A stretch of DNA of 64,000 nt from Octopus sinensis (GCF_006345805.1 NW_021835987.1:1-64000); one strand, 5' to 3'. Counted from the first letter of the stretch, positions 27,578 through 41,872 are shown. Numbers and translations are program-made. Notes: generated by a model not told the origin, from the letters alone.

Positions 27578-27756
27578 CTCATCAATTGGAAGATTGTCCC
27601 AGAAATCAAAAAGGGGATGTCGGAAAAAGTTCGGACAGAAGGAACTATTGCATTTGTCTACATTCCAGGTTGAAGGGTCTCCATAATTCCAATACGAATA
27701 CATGACTTTTGAACCAGCTCCCATAGATAGGGCATATACTTTAATCCATCGGCTAT
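27578..27756 (-). CDS. Gene B exon 2
   Basis: tatttcag acceptor; (N)SRWIKVYALSMGAGSKVMYSYWNYGDPSTWNVDKCNSSFCPNFFRHPLFDFWDNLPIDE; gtatgt donor; 179 nt. Confidence 0.88.
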
Positions 27757-27772
27757 CTGAAATAATAACAAT

Positions 27773-27826
<54 letters not shown>

Positions 27827-27833
27827 AATAATG

Positions 27834-27895
<62 letters not shown>

Positions 27896-27896
<1 letters not shown>

Positions 27897-28452
27897 CCCT
27901 GATGCAGTACCAGGCAGTGGCTCTCATGGCTTCTGATCTTAACTGATTGGAAGTGTTATCATGTACATTGTTTTGTCTTGGTATAAAAGATGGGCTACAG
28001 CAAATATTCTGCTCAATACCACAGATTTGCTTGTCAGTTGTTTGACCTTAACCAGTTGAGCATGTCCCTTAGTGGCTGACGATATGTGCATCTCTGATCA
28101 CGAGCAGAAGTAGTGGGGGAGCATCATAGCCATGTGTTGAGAAGGATTCTTTGGGGGTTTGAATAATTCACCTCTGGAAACATGGGTGTTTCGTTCAACG
28201 TCCTTAAACAACCCTTATTCAGGGACCTTTTGAGCGGGATGGGTTACTCGATCTGAAGAAAATTCTAACTGGGCTCCACCTGCAAGGTCATGTGCTGTTT
28301 ATCTTGATATGAGATCACCATGTCGCGCACATATGGTTGTGATGCATGTGCCTGGTGTACCCTTATCAGACGGGTAGTCATGATGGGTATACTGGGCTTC
28401 GTATATTTTACCCCAGTGTCACTTTGATGGCATGCTCTGCTCGCTCACTCAA
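27896..28452. mobile_element. ~550-bp non-coding interspersed element embedded in (AAT)n (copies 60097-60645 and degenerate 59478-59972)
   Basis: Three similar copies from gatgcagtaccaggcagtggc to gcatgcactgctctctcactc, each ending in (AAT)n. Confidence 0.8.
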
Positions 28453-28998
28453 TAATAATAATAATAATAATAATTATAATCTTCCAGAAATTCTGCTTGT
28501 TTCTCTGTTCCTAAGCCCATTCGTAACTCTTTCACATGATTAGCTAAAAGTTGAAGAAGGGGAAGGTTGGGAAGAGGGAGAGTGGTGGTGAGTGAAACGT
28601 GTTACTTTTTTAACACGTTTTTAGCCGGTCTCTAACGCTTTCATGTATTGAGTTGAAGGTAAAGGCGAACAGTGAAGAAAAGCTATTCTGTGTCATGCCT
28701 TTATGGCAAAATTTTTGAAATAAAGTAGCTTACTTACGAACCATATGGTTCCGGGTTCAGTGCCACTGCGTGACACCTCGGGGCGACCAAAGACTTGTGA
28801 GTGGATTTGTTAGACGGAAACTGAAAGAAGCCCGTCGTATATATGTATATTTATAAATGTATGTGTGCGTGTATATGTTTGTGTGTCTGTGTTTGTCCCC
28901 ACCAGCATCGCTTGACCACAGACATGACCACAGTCAAATAACTGACACAAGTAAAAGAGAGTAAAAAAACGAGATTATAATAAAGAAGCTTCACTTAC

Positions 28999-29296
28999 TT
29001 TTAAAGAAGGAAATCTCGTTGTTGTCATTCGTGCTGACGACTGTCATTATATTTTTCGGTGAGTAATTCTTACAAACATGGCTGACTTTGTTGTAAGTAA
29101 AGAATTCCGATTGGCTCCTGAGAGACAGAGCGGTACAGTCGAGTAGATTTCGTGTTGTGAAGAATTGTTCTGTTGGAGGTGTCCCAATGTAAGCATAGGA
29201 ATAACCAGGTCCCAAACGTTTGTAGTAAGCGTCATCACATTTCTGACCTGAGGTGACAGCCAGGATTGTTGTAAGAGCTAACAGCAGCACTTCCAT
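28999..29296 (-). CDS. Gene B exon 1: signal peptide plus PAN-like domain (join complement 29296-28999, 27756-27578, 26117-25951, 25377-25217, 24889-24840; 284 aa)
   Basis: MEVLLLALTTILAVTSGQKCDDAYYKRLGPGYSYAYIGTPPTEQFFTTRNLLDCTALSLRSQSEFFTYNKVSHVCKNYSPKNIMTVVSTNDNNEISFFK; A|gtaagt donor; 298 nt (3n+1). Confidence 0.88.
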
Positions 29297-30449
29297 TGCA
29301 GCAGGACGGGTAAAAGGAAACAGAGACATTCTTGGCTCTATGATTGCCAGATGGAAAAAGAAGGGAGAAAGAAATGGCATGGAAAAGAGGAAGAATGAGG
29401 GGGGGAGTGATATAAGGAGATTCAGCAAGGAGACAAGATGAATTTTAATTAATAAAGAGGGAATGGGGTATGAAGAAAGGGTCGCACAGCATGAAAGAGT
29501 AACAGAAAAATATCCTGCAAAAGAAGAGAGAGATACAATGAGAAGATGGAGAGTGTTTGTGTGTGAGTGGAAGAATGTTTGGAAGAGAAAACGAAAAAGA
29601 AGAAATTATAATTTAGAAACATAGGTCTTGGGAAGTCTTTTAAATTGCATTCAGTACGGGCCCCTAATTGGAGATTCCCAGGGTTTTAAAGAGTTTAGAA
29701 TCATCTCTCAACCAGTGTTGTTCCAAGGTCTTATCTGACCCGGAGACGAAGTATTCGTCAAGGTCCCAGCTTTAGGTTAATTAGTAATTCAGTATATAAG
29801 ATTGGGCTCATTAGCCTGGGGGTGTTGGATGGGGGGCAACCCATTTAGGAGAAAGAAAACTCTAATTCCCAACCTCCGAAACCTTGCAACAATACTAAAC
29901 CAAGGGAAGGTGTTTGGGTCTAAACACTGAGGGAAAATCGGGCATGAAACACCCTGAGGCAGTTCGATGCTGTCTATCAGCTCACTCTCGCAACTCCTAC
30001 GACGAGGCCGATAGGGAATTGCAACGCTTCTTGCTGTTCCTTTAGGTCCATCAATGATGCAAAGAGCAGGGACATATTGCATGGCAACAATCTCCATACC
30101 AATGTGCCCAGGGTTGGGTCAAATCGAACTCTCTGTTCCATAGGTATAATTCCGAACGTTACAGCGGAATGGAAGAACATAAAAACTCAAACACCATAGG
30201 TACAACCAACAAGTGTGACTAATGTGGAAGGTACTGGCATTTGCGCATAGGACTATTCAAACACAGACAACACTTTCCCAGTTGGGTGGAAATCTAGGGC
30301 TTTCATTCACGGTCATCAATGAACGACAGAGACGGCACAATATAAGCGCAGGCACAGCAGTAAGATTAAGAAGGTCGTTTGGTAATCACGCTTCAGTGAA
30401 AATGAGCGGCTACTTGGGAATTTGGTAGACGGAAAGTGTATGGAAGTAC

Positions 30450-31684
30450 GTCAACATCCGTTAAAAGGAGGGCTGGGTATGCCGTGGTTGATGATGCGCA
30501 GACACGCGCTGAGACTGCGACATCTCCGGCTCTACGTAGACGACGGTGAACAGGTGTGGCCGCCGTTTGTGAGGCACGCATTCCCGCAGCTCGTCCCCAT
30601 GACCGAACTGCAGTCGTGGATCAAAAAGAGGTCCAGGAAGGGCGAATGGCACCGCGAGTGTCGTGTTGCTCTCAAGCAACTCTGCCGTCTCGGGTCGACC
30701 TTGAGTGACTTCAACACAACCAAAGCATTCTATAGGGGATTAGTGGAGGGGAGGTACGACGACGATCTTGGGGCAAACCTGGGCGTCGACGAAGAATACC
30801 TGACCCGCCTGTTTGAAACGACTTTCGGGCCGGGACCTATGGACAACTTCCAGAGATCCCTGGCCTGGCTACCCGTTCGGGATAAGCTCTATAGACATGG
30901 CTCGAGAAACACGGGACCGACCTGCCCAAGATGCGGGCAGAGCGACGAAACCGTTCAGCACGCAAGCGTGCAGTGTCCAACAATATCCGACCTGTGGGCT
31001 TATGTCGAACGACTGCTGTCACGTGTGGGACGTGTCGGTTTATCAGCTGAGTCTATCGTTAATATCGTCACGGCTCCTTCCTTCAAACGGGAAGGAAGAG
31101 CTATTTTTATCATACATGCGGCTATGGCAAAATAATGTATCTGGTGGACGCGCCTGAAAGGATTAGAGACAAACAATTTCCTCTCTGGTCAATCTCTCAT
31201 CAACTTCTTCAAGTATCACTTGAAGAGGAAAGTGAGAGTAGAGAGGCAAGTTTTGTCTAGTGAAAGTTTTAAAAAAAGATGGGTGAATGTAGCGAGGATG
31301 GCACGTATGAATGACGAAGCCACCTTGACTATGATCCTATGAACCATAAAAATTAATACAGAGAGTTGCTTAAAAAAAAATATATAACATGTGACTTCAT
31401 TGACCGAGGTTACCATGGTCTTTTCCGTAGGCTTTTCTTTCCACGGGTAAACCTCACCTGTCCTCCGCTATACACCTTTTATTGACATTTCTGTGATAAC
31501 GATCCCTATTGATCGATTTTTTTTCCTTTTCCTTTTTTATCCCCCCACCCTTTTTTGTCCTCTTTCTTTCCTTTTACGATCCCTTTTGATCGAAAACCAA
31601 ACCCCCTTTTTATCCCCAAAAGAAAAGCTCTACCTTGTAATTTGTCCTGTCTGTGTGCAGCCCTGTGTGGCTAATAAAGAAACA

Positions 31685-31685
<1 letters not shown>
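30450..31685 (+). mobile_element. Second, shorter Tx1-like LINE copy in tandem
   Basis: Very similar to 32873-34155, same 3' end, followed by (TATC)n 31686-31975. Confidence 0.88.
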
Positions 31686-31753
<68 letters not shown>

Positions 31754-31764
31754 GTCTGTCTATC

Positions 31765-31795
<31 letters not shown>

Positions 31796-31842
31796 CTATC
31801 TAGCTATTTAATCTACCTATTTATCTATCTATCTATCGATCG

Positions 31843-31927
<85 letters not shown>

Positions 31928-31931
31928 ACTG

Positions 31932-31975
<44 letters not shown>

Positions 31976-34155
31976 CTGGTCGACAGGGCGCAAACATGCG
32001 CCGTGCCAGGCCGGACCATCCATGACAACCTCCACCTGATGCGCTACATCATAGACAGGGTAGTTAACGAACCTGGCATGGGTGGGGCGCTGATCAATTT
32101 GGATCAATCGAAAGCTTTCGATAGGGTGGACCATCGATACTTGGAGGCGGTCCTCGGAGCGGCTGGCTTCGGTCCCGTCTTCCGCGGCTGGATAGCCGCT
32201 TTGTACAGAGGCATCCGTTCGGTAATTCGCGTTAATGGACATCTATCGAGACCCTTCGACATCGCACGTTCGGTCCGTCAGGGATGCCCCCTCTCGTCGC
32301 TTCTATACGTATTGACTCTCGAGCCATTATTGCGGAAGCTGGCAACCTTGAGAGGCATCCCGCGAGAACTGGGATGCGGGACGAGCGTGTCTGCATACGC
32401 GGACGACGTCACCGTCATAGTGTCTAGCCACGAGCACATCGAGCAGGTCGGCGAGACACTGAAAAACTACGAAGCGGTGACAGGAGCGAAAATCAACCGG
32501 GAAAAGTCAGTGGGCTTGCGACTAGGCACCTGGAGAAGCAAGCCCATGCCGTCCACCAGCGCCTCCGTCGTGGGACGCTGGACCGACGGCCCGGTTGAGT
32601 TGCTCGGGGTCTGGTTTGGTCCGGACCTCCAAGTGGAGAAGAACTGGAACGAGATAACGAGTAGGGTGGTCACTCTCGCCCGGCAATGGGCCGAGAGGAA
32701 ACTGTCCCTAAAAGGTCGGGCGGAGGTGGCGAACACGTACATCGCGTCCGTCATCTACTACCGCCTGACCGTCGTACCTTGTCCCGACCCTACCATCACC
32801 AAACTACAACGCATTCTCTTTCGCTTCTTGTGGAAAGGATGCGTCCCGATGGTCAGGCGATCCATTTGCTGTCAACACCCGTTAAAAGGAGGGCTGGGCA
32901 TGCCGTGGTTGATGATGCGCAGACACGCGCTGAGACTGCGACATCTCTGGCTCTATGTAGACGACGGTGAACAGGTGTGGTCGCCGTTTGTGCGGCACGC
33001 TTTCCCGCAGCTCGTCTCCATGACCGAACTGCAGTCGTGGATCAAAAAGAGGCTGAAGAAGGGCGAATGGCACCGCGAGTGTCGCGTTGCTCTCAAGCAA
33101 CTCTGCCGTCCTGGGTCGACCTTGAGTGACTTCAACACAACCAAAGCATTCTATAGGGGTTTAGTGGAGGGGAGGTACGACGACGAGCTCGGGCGAACCT
33201 GGACGTCGACGAGGAGTACCTGACCCGCCTGTTCAGGACGACTTTCGGGCCAGGACCCATGGACAACTTCCAGAGATCCCTGGCCTGGCAGTGCTACCGA
33301 GAAGCGCTACCCGTTCGGGATAAGCTCTACAGACACGGCTCGAGAAACACGGGGCCGACCTGCCCGAGATGCGGTCAGAGCGACGAAACCATTCTGCACG
33401 CACTCGTGCAGTGTCCAACAATTTCCGACCTGTGGGCTTGTGTCGAACAACTGCTGTCACGTGTGGGACGAGTCGGTTTATCAGCTGAGTCTATCGTTAA
33501 TATTGTCACGTCTCCTTCCTTCAGACGGGAAGGAAGAGCTATTTTCATCATCCTTGTGGCTATGGCGAAAGAATGTATCTGGTGGACGCGTCTGAAAGGA
33601 TTGGAGACAAACACTTTCCTCTCTGGTCAATCTCTCATCAACTTCTTCAAGTACCACTTGAAAAGGAAAGTGAGAGTAGAGAGGCAAGTTTTGTCTAGCG
33701 AATGTTTTAAAAAAGATGGGTGAATGTAGCAAGAATGGCACGTATGAATGACGAAGCCACCTTGAGCATGATCCTATGAACCCAGAAATTGAAAACAGAG
33801 AGTTGCTTATTTGCAAAAAAAAAAAAGAAATATAACATGTGACTCCATTGACCGAGGTTACCGTGGTCTTTTCCGTAGGCTTTTCTTTCCACGGGTAAAC
33901 CTTACCTGTCCTCCCCTTTACACTTCATATTGACATTTCTGTGATAACGATCCCTATTGATCAATTTTTTTTTTTTTTTTTCCTCTCCCCCTTTTTTTTT
34001 AATCCCCCTTTTTTTGTCCTCTTTCTCTCCTTTTACGATCCCTTTTGATCGAAACTCCCCCTTCCTTTTTTTTTTTTTTTAAACCTTCAAAAGAAAAGCT
34101 CTACCTTGTAATTTGTTCTATCTGTGTGCAGCCCTGTGTGGCTAATAAAGAAACA
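31976..34155 (+). mobile_element. 5'-truncated Tx1/L1-clade LINE (RT plus zf-RVT) flanked by (TATC)n
   Basis: [48 protein letters not shown]. One frameshift near 33190. 3' UTR with AATAAA, then (TATC)n. Confidence 0.9.
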
Positions 34156-34201
34156 TATCTATCTATCTAACTGTCTGTCTGTCTATCTGTCTATCTATCT
34201 G

Positions 34202-34248
<47 letters not shown>

Positions 34249-35639
34249 GTCTTTCTGTCTGTCTATCTATCTATATTTATCATCTCTCTCTCTCCTCTCT
34301 CTCTCTATCTATCTATCTATCTATTTATCTATTTATGTGTAAGAGAGAGTGGATTAGATAGAGAGTGTGGGGGGAGAGAGAGAGGGGAGAAGACAGAAAG
34401 AGAGTGACTAAACATTGCAACATTTAAAAGAATGCAGGATTAACGTTTGCGTTTCTGTGTTTCAACTGTTGTCACCTGTCATTGGTAGCATGGCGTAGTA
34501 AAGCCATACAACTCGAGGGAAGGGTCGCTCTTCTGATTCTAAGCTCAGAAATCAGTTGTTGTAAGCGTGAATATTAATGAAGGTTATACACTGAGGTTTG
34601 TCTGTTCTTTGCTCGAACACCCGAGGTCTCTGTCGGCGTATCTCACTCATTACTGCTATATTACCTTAGGCACATTACGTGATCAGGTGGAATTAATGTT
34701 TAGGAACATCTGCTCAAAGTTTATTATCTGACGAAACGATCCAGCTGGATTACCAGGATGCTGCGATGTGGATCTGTGTAAATCTTATTTAATCATCTAA
34801 ATAGGAATAAGTGTATTTTTCAGCTTTGTTTAATCATTATTTGTACTTGGAGTGAGGAGAATACACAGTTCGCGGTGAATAAAATGTACTTAGACTAGTT
34901 TAGCGATTTCACAGGGAATTCCTTCATAATTAAACGAGTGAACTTGAAAGGGTAACGTTTTGTAGTTATGTATCGTATTTTATGGCATATACGAAGCACA
35001 TTTCCCTCAAAATGTTGCCTAAACATATCACCACGGGTCCTATAAGCGAATTTGGGTCTGCATTACATGCTTTAATGCACTAAAATATGTTTTCCTAAAC
35101 CTTTCGCTCATGAAAGTGGGATGCATCTAAGGTGTACGGGAGTTTTTTATACCATCAAATAGCAACAGAAAACATTAGGTAAGAGGGAGAGACAATCAAT
35201 GGTTTAGAAGAGGGACTGTTGGAAGTTGAAGGCCGAAATTAATAAGAACCAGAATTTTACTTTGTTATTACATTGATGATAAAGAAGAAGGCTGTATCGT
35301 TAGATTAAGGACCATCTTCTAAGGTACGAGGGAGCCAAATTTATAGGAGAGGACCGAGTGGCAGAATCGACGATATTGTCTTTGACGAATGAGGGATGGT
35401 GTATGGTAGCCAGTTTCAAGGGGATGTGTATGTTTTTGTAATGTTTTATTTTGGTGTGTAAACACAAATACACACGCACACACATAAACACACACACAAA
35501 CACCCAGACATAAAATTCATTCAATATATACATTTTAGCCACTCCCTTCTGAGGAACAGACAAATATTTCTTTTAGACAATAGATAACCACACCCCTTGT
35601 CTCTCTCTCTAAAACTTTGAACTATATACCGATCTATAT

Positions 35640-35842
35640 TTAAAGAAAATTTCCACCGGACAGAAGATGAACTGTTTTAACTTCAAATTTTGATATATTT
35701 TAATGATATTTGAAAAGATGAGATGAGATTCATCGAAGCCGTCTTAAATTGAAATGTCATAGACTTACTTGTGTGCTATCTCCACCTCCTTTTCTTGAAT
35801 ATAGAAATTGGATTTGTATAGATCGCTAATACATTTTCAGCA

Positions 35843-35880
<38 letters not shown>

Positions 35881-36045
35881 TATGAAAGTTCCTATATATT
35901 CTCTCTCTCTCTCATTCTCTCTCTCTCTCCCTCTCTAAATATATATATATAATGCAAATTACCAACAATAAAGATGTCTTCATTATACTCAATGAATGTA
36001 TGTATATATTAATTTTATTTATTAATAAACTAGGGACAATAATAA

Positions 36046-36113
<68 letters not shown>

Positions 36114-37340
36114 GTAATGATAATGATAATAATATTCTCTATCACCCGCTCTCTCTCTAAATATATATATAATACAAATTACAAACAATAAAGTTGTGTT
36201 CAATATACTAATTGATTATATGTATAAATGCATTAATTTTATTTATTAATAAACTGGGGACAATTTTAATAATCATAAGAATGACAATAATGAATAAATA
36301 GGTTTTTTTACTTACTAAATGAATCTAATAACCAAAATAATAATTATTATAGTATTGGATAATATATAACTTGTATTCATATTACGACAATGTTATTTCG
36401 CTACTTCTGAAAGAATTAATAAAATTTGAATCTATATAATTCATAGTCATTTAATATATTTCGATAGCTGTAGTACGTATGTATTTTTGTATCCGTGCAT
36501 ATGTTACCTCGATTGGGGATGACCTGTTACTAAACAACTGCAACAGAAGCAAACTGGATGATGTAGCCATAAATACATTATGACTTAACAAAAGATGAGA
36601 TGGTCACATTTGGAATACTTTAGATCATAGCTCTGTTGGGTCAGAGTTGATCTGGTGATTAAACACGGTCACAAACTCTTGTTCATTTCTCAATGTGCGC
36701 AAACAGACAGACTCACCTCCCAATCATAATACATACGCGCGCAAATAAAGCAGAATGCGATAAAAAAAAACACTTACTTTCACTGAGAGAGTGACTAAAC
36801 ATTGCAACATTTAAAAGAATGCAGGATTAACGTTTGCGTCTCTGTGTTTTAGCACACGCAGTCACCCTTATTTCAACTGTTGTCACCTGTCATTGGTAGC
36901 ATGGCGTAGTAAAGCCATACAACTCGAAGTAAGGTGTGTGTGTGTGTGTGTGTGAGTGTGTATACAAGGTATCCAAATTCAGGGCAAACAAATTTTTCAA
37001 TATTTCCAGAGAATGATATTAATATATTTCGGGAATGACCATTGCAATGCAATGGTAAATGAAACAGATTTAAGATATGACCACCTCTGCTTCGAATCAC
37101 AACCTTAAGTCTAGTGTGAATGCTTTACACGCGGCACGCAACAGTTTTTGTTGAATGGAGCCTATTCCTGGCGCAGTTTTACTTTCAGGGTTGCGAGCGA
37201 AGCGTGAGGAGGACTCGAGAACTTCGCTTCCAAAATGCACCAAACAGAAAAAACCCTCGTTTGTCATCGGAGCTCCTTGAGGGCCATACATCCTTGCTTA
37301 TGAAACACTGAATGCTTTCTGATTCGACAATTGTGTCTGT
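35640..37340. repeat. Partial extra tandem copies of the gene-distal flank
   Basis: 35640-36100 and 36140-37340 re-use blocks found at 37347-39800 and 16040-18000; 36787-36930 repeats 34400-34510. Confidence 0.8.
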
Positions 37341-37539
37341 TCGGATTAGTTCAAATTTTGATATATTTTAATGCTATTTGAAAAGATGAGATGAGATTCA
37401 TCGAAGCTGGTAATATTTACTTTAAATAATATTTACAATCATTTTAATTAAATTGCGTCTTAAATTGAAACGTCATAGACTTACCTCCTTTTTTGTATAC
37501 AGAAATTGGATATGTGTAGATCTCTAATACCTTTTCAAC

Positions 37540-37633
<94 letters not shown>

Positions 37634-39639
37634 AATATAGAACGAAAGTTTCTATATATTCTCTATCACCCGCTCTCTCTCTAAATATATATATAATACA
37701 AATTACAAACAATAAAGTTGTGTTCAATATACTAATTGATTATATGTATAAATATATTAATTTTATTTATTAATAAACTGGGGACAATTATAATAATAAG
37801 AAGAATGATAATAATGAATAAATATTTTTTTTTACTTACTAAACGAATCTAATAACCAAAATAATAATTATTATAGTATTAGATAGTATATGACTTGTAT
37901 TCTAATTACAATAATGTTATTTCGCTACTTCTGAAAGAATTAATAAAATTTGGATATATATAATTCATAGTCCTTTAATATAATTCGATAGCTGTAGATT
38001 ATACTTATCTAATTATTTTTTCCGTTATAATTATTTTATTGTTTCTTAATTGTAATTGATATGTAGTTGAATAGTTAACGCTCACGCTCATAATACATAG
38101 GCATTGGAATTAATTTTTGCAATCCAACCATATTTTCACACGGAATTTCGTATTTCTTTAAACCACTGGCTCTGATGAGCCTTATATAAGGAAAATCAAT
38201 TGTTTATATATCAAAAGATGTAATATAATTCGAAACAAATTGTTGGCTTTTTTGTTTTTTTAATAATTGTTATATAATCATAGTATATTGTTATAATATA
38301 AATAAATTGATCGATTGAAAATTGTATCTCTGTATTTAATTCATTGTTTCTATATGTTTGAATGTATTTTTGTATTCGTGAATGTGTTACTTCGATTGTT
38401 ACTAAACAACTGCAACAGAAACAAACTGGATAATGTAGCCATAAATACATTATCACTTAAAAGATGAGATGGTCACATTTGGAATACTTTAGCTCATAGC
38501 TCTGTCGGATCAGATTTGATCTGGTGATTAAATACCGTCACAAAATCTTGCTCACTTCTCAATGCGCGCAAACAGACAGACTCACCAATCTTTACACCTA
38601 CACCTTCTTATCATAATACATACGCGTGCAAATAAAGCAGAATGCGGTTAAAAGAACCGACTTACTTTCACTGAGGTGAAGGGCCGCTCCTACACTTTAC
38701 GTGGTTACTTGAGGACTTCTTGTCAGGACTGTTCATTAAGGGCACAACTGCTCTCTGCTCTCCTTCCTGTGTTCTATTGTAAGTACTTTCTTCTATTAAC
38801 CACAGTAGAGTCTACAGATATCAGGACTTTTCATAAATGCCAGAACTGTCCAATGCTGTCTGTCCTTTGTTCTCTAATCTGTTTCACCTTCAGACTTAAA
38901 CTTGTCCGGAAATTAACAAAACACACAGATTGACCAAAAAACACAGAACCATCACTCAGATCAATCTTCTTTACTAATATGCCTGTATTTCTCCACAAAA
39001 GTGAAAATACACCAAACTTTTCAATACGTCTTCTTTGTAACTACGAAGAAAAGAAGGTCTTGAGTAGAGAAATGCGCTTCCCGAAACATACAGAAGATAC
39101 GCCTGTGTAGTTGTTGAAGTCGTTCCGATGTTAGCAGTAATGCAGCTCTGGTGTTTTTGATACCGACGTTGCAGTGTTAATACCTGGTGATGGCGTGATG
39201 TGATGTTGGTGTTTCTGTAGGTGGAGATATGAAAGCTGAACGCTGAAGGTCGCTGGACCGAAGTCTTCCATTAAAGAAAATCATTCAAATCATTCAAATC
39301 AATCACCATGGATGATGAAAAGTAAACATATTTCTGAATCAGTGCACTCACTATTTCAACCATAACACTGACTGCTTTCATGACTGTGTGTGTGCGTGCT
39401 CGAATGTGTAGGTTTATGCGTGTGCGTGCGCGCGCGCTTATGTGTGTCCCCAAATCAGGGAAAACAAATTTTTCACTATTTCCATAGCAAGATATTGATA
39501 TATTTCGGGACTGAGCGTTGCAATGCAATGGAAAATGAAACATATTTACGGTATGACAACATTCATTCGAATCACAACCTTAAGTCTAGGTTTGAATGCT
39601 TCACACGCAGCTGGCAGAGGTTTTTGTTTAATCGAGCCC

Positions 39640-40620
39640 ATTCCTGGCACAGATTTGCTTTCAATTTGCCGAGAGAAGCATGAGAAGTGCTCCAGAGCCT
39701 CGGATCCAAAATGGACCAAACAGAAAAACTCCAACGAGTTGGCATCGGAGCGTTTTGAGGTTCATACATCATTGCTTATGAAAGACTGAATGCTTTCTGA
39801 ATCGAGAGATGTGTCTGCTTGGAGCTGTGGGAATGTGGTGATTCCTGCTGGAGTCTCGAAGGTGCCCCTTGAAAGTTCTCATCACCCCATAGAAACGGTT
39901 CAGCTACCTGAATGTCGCAAATGTATTGCTGGGAATTCGTTTCAACATCCGAGGTCACAAAAACGAGAGGAGACCTTCCAGTTGCTGTCACATCAGTCCA
40001 AACCTCAAGTGACAGTGGATTTGGACGTCGATTTACGAGTCTAATCATGACAGAGCCAGATACCCTCGAACGTTGATCCTTCTGGTAGTTTACTGTCAGT
40101 TCGATGCCAAGTATCTTTTCATCCGCAAGCTTGCCTTCAGCAATCTGACGCATGATAAGACGATTTCTCTCCAGTTTGTGGGGGTCTTGTAAACTTGCGT
40201 GATCTCCAGACTTCGGATTATCTTCTAGGGGTGGGTCGTGAGATCCACCTTCAGCACTCAATAGGTCGCTGCTCTGCTTGTTTTTGCTGTGGTAGCAAAT
40301 TTTCTGACGGAACGAGGAGAATTTCGCCGTGTCTTTCATCAGGTACAACTGATCAGCTGAAGGGTAGGCCAACTTCATTTTCGGCGACGTCTAAGTCGAT
40401 CGTCGATGCAACCACTGTCTTGAAATTTCTGTACAATTTTCGAAACTATTATTCGGTTAATTTATGTTTTTTTCTATAGCCCCCTGTGTGGAGGGTTACG
40501 ATTATATTTCGGTCTCTAGCCATGACTCGAAATTTATTTAGTCTGAAATAAAAAGAAAACACACAGAGTTTTTATAATGATGTATAATTTTCATATCTTA
40601 TCACATTTATTGATAGTTAT
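39640..40620 (-). mobile_element. Tc1/mariner-type transposase remnant (paralogs at 17850-18123 plus 19300-19610, and 37090-37340)
   Basis: VW..VTATGRSPLVFV....NSQQYI.DI...LQQES..SH and FSVWSIL-like segments typical of DDD-transposase catalytic regions. Frameshifted. Confidence 0.65.
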
Positions 40621-40629
40621 TAAAGCCCG

Positions 40630-41090
40630 AAACCTCGTTTGCTTCCTCCATGCCCATTTCTAGGGGAGACTGGCCACCCCGTCTTTCACCTCGCGCCAAT
40701 TCTAGTCCACTTGGAGATCTGGACTTAGAGATCCAGAGCAACGTAACAGGTCCATCCTTCCAGCGCCCACAACACTGTAGGTTAGCAAGGGCCTGCCACT
40801 CCAGGTGCCGAGCTGCAGACCCCCTGACATCTTCTGTTTAATCATTGATCCTGTCACTGCTTCGAATTGCCTTAGGGTACTGCCGACCATCTCAATTTGC
40901 GAGGTGTCCAACACTATCACGGTGAATTCACCCGCATACGCCGACACGAAACTTCCATATCCAAATTCACGCAGAATGCCCCTCCAAACCCTGAGCTTCC
41001 GCAGTAATGGCTCGAGTAGCAGTACGTAGAGATGGGATAGAGTGTATACCACGGATGGAAACTAATCGCATGTCTGGGTTCTGTTGGAAA
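40630..41090 (-). mobile_element. Old Tx1-like RT fragment
   Basis: LYVLLLEPLLRKL...VSAYA...FEAVTG...GLQLGTW aligns with the 32300-32560 RT segment. Confidence 0.7.
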
Positions 41091-41872
41091 AAGTGCTTCA
41101 GAAACAATTTTTTTTTTAATATGTGGGCCCCTTCCTTTTCCTTCTTCGTAGTCCCTTGTACTACGCTAGCCTCAATATATAATTGCTGCCACATATATAA
41201 TTAATGCTTTATTAATATATAATTACTGGCATATATAAAATTAATACTACATTTTTATGTTGTTATGCAATCTATTTATCTCTCAATAAATGTAACCATG
41301 TATTGAACTTATGACAACACTGATTCTCTTGATTGTTGAGTTTTATCGAATTATTTTCTGCCGCCGAAACATGAATTTCTGAATCCGAGAGCCAGTCATG
41401 TTATCGATAATCAATATAAGATTTAATTCAACCAACTAACCTCATCTGGTGTCTGTCAGTCGATATATAAGTATGAACCTCTTAGACGTAATACTATCAG
41501 CTTGAACTAAATTAATTTATTGAACTGATTTTTTGCTCCAACATTTTCAGTTCTCATTATTGCTTTCATACTTTACTCGCGTACCGACATACTATTAAAT
41601 ACAGTTCACTATTAAAAATTGTACAACATATATTCTAGCTTTTAAGCGATGAGTTTCTTAAAACTGAGCAACATGTCTACAAAATCCATACTCGTGGCTT
41701 CTTTTTATTCTTGTCATTTTCCAAATGATTTTCTGTTATATTTAATATTTTCATTGCACACAAGATTTGTGTTTCCTACGGCAACGAAAAGACAACAAAA
41801 TTCAGTATAGAAACAAATCTATATTACAACAGATACATTTATATATACATATATACATACATACATACATAC

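Noticed and set aside
29775-30400. Possible RTE-like LINE 5' region
   Set aside because: Only a short ggagaa.gaaaactct.attcc.aacctc motif is suggestive; no ORF support.
31493-31975. N-terminal part of the 576-aa ORF
   Set aside because: Read-through of the upstream LINE 3' UTR and (TATC)n. Real RT sequence begins at about 31976.
38172-38195. Hammerhead-like ctgatgag-ccttatataagg-aaaa (paralog 16520), and ctgaNgactgaaac near 46405 and 23040 on the minus strand
   Set aside because: The CGAAA core is incomplete or stem II cannot form, and I found no convincing stem I/III pairing. An RNAMotif or Infernal search would be decisive.
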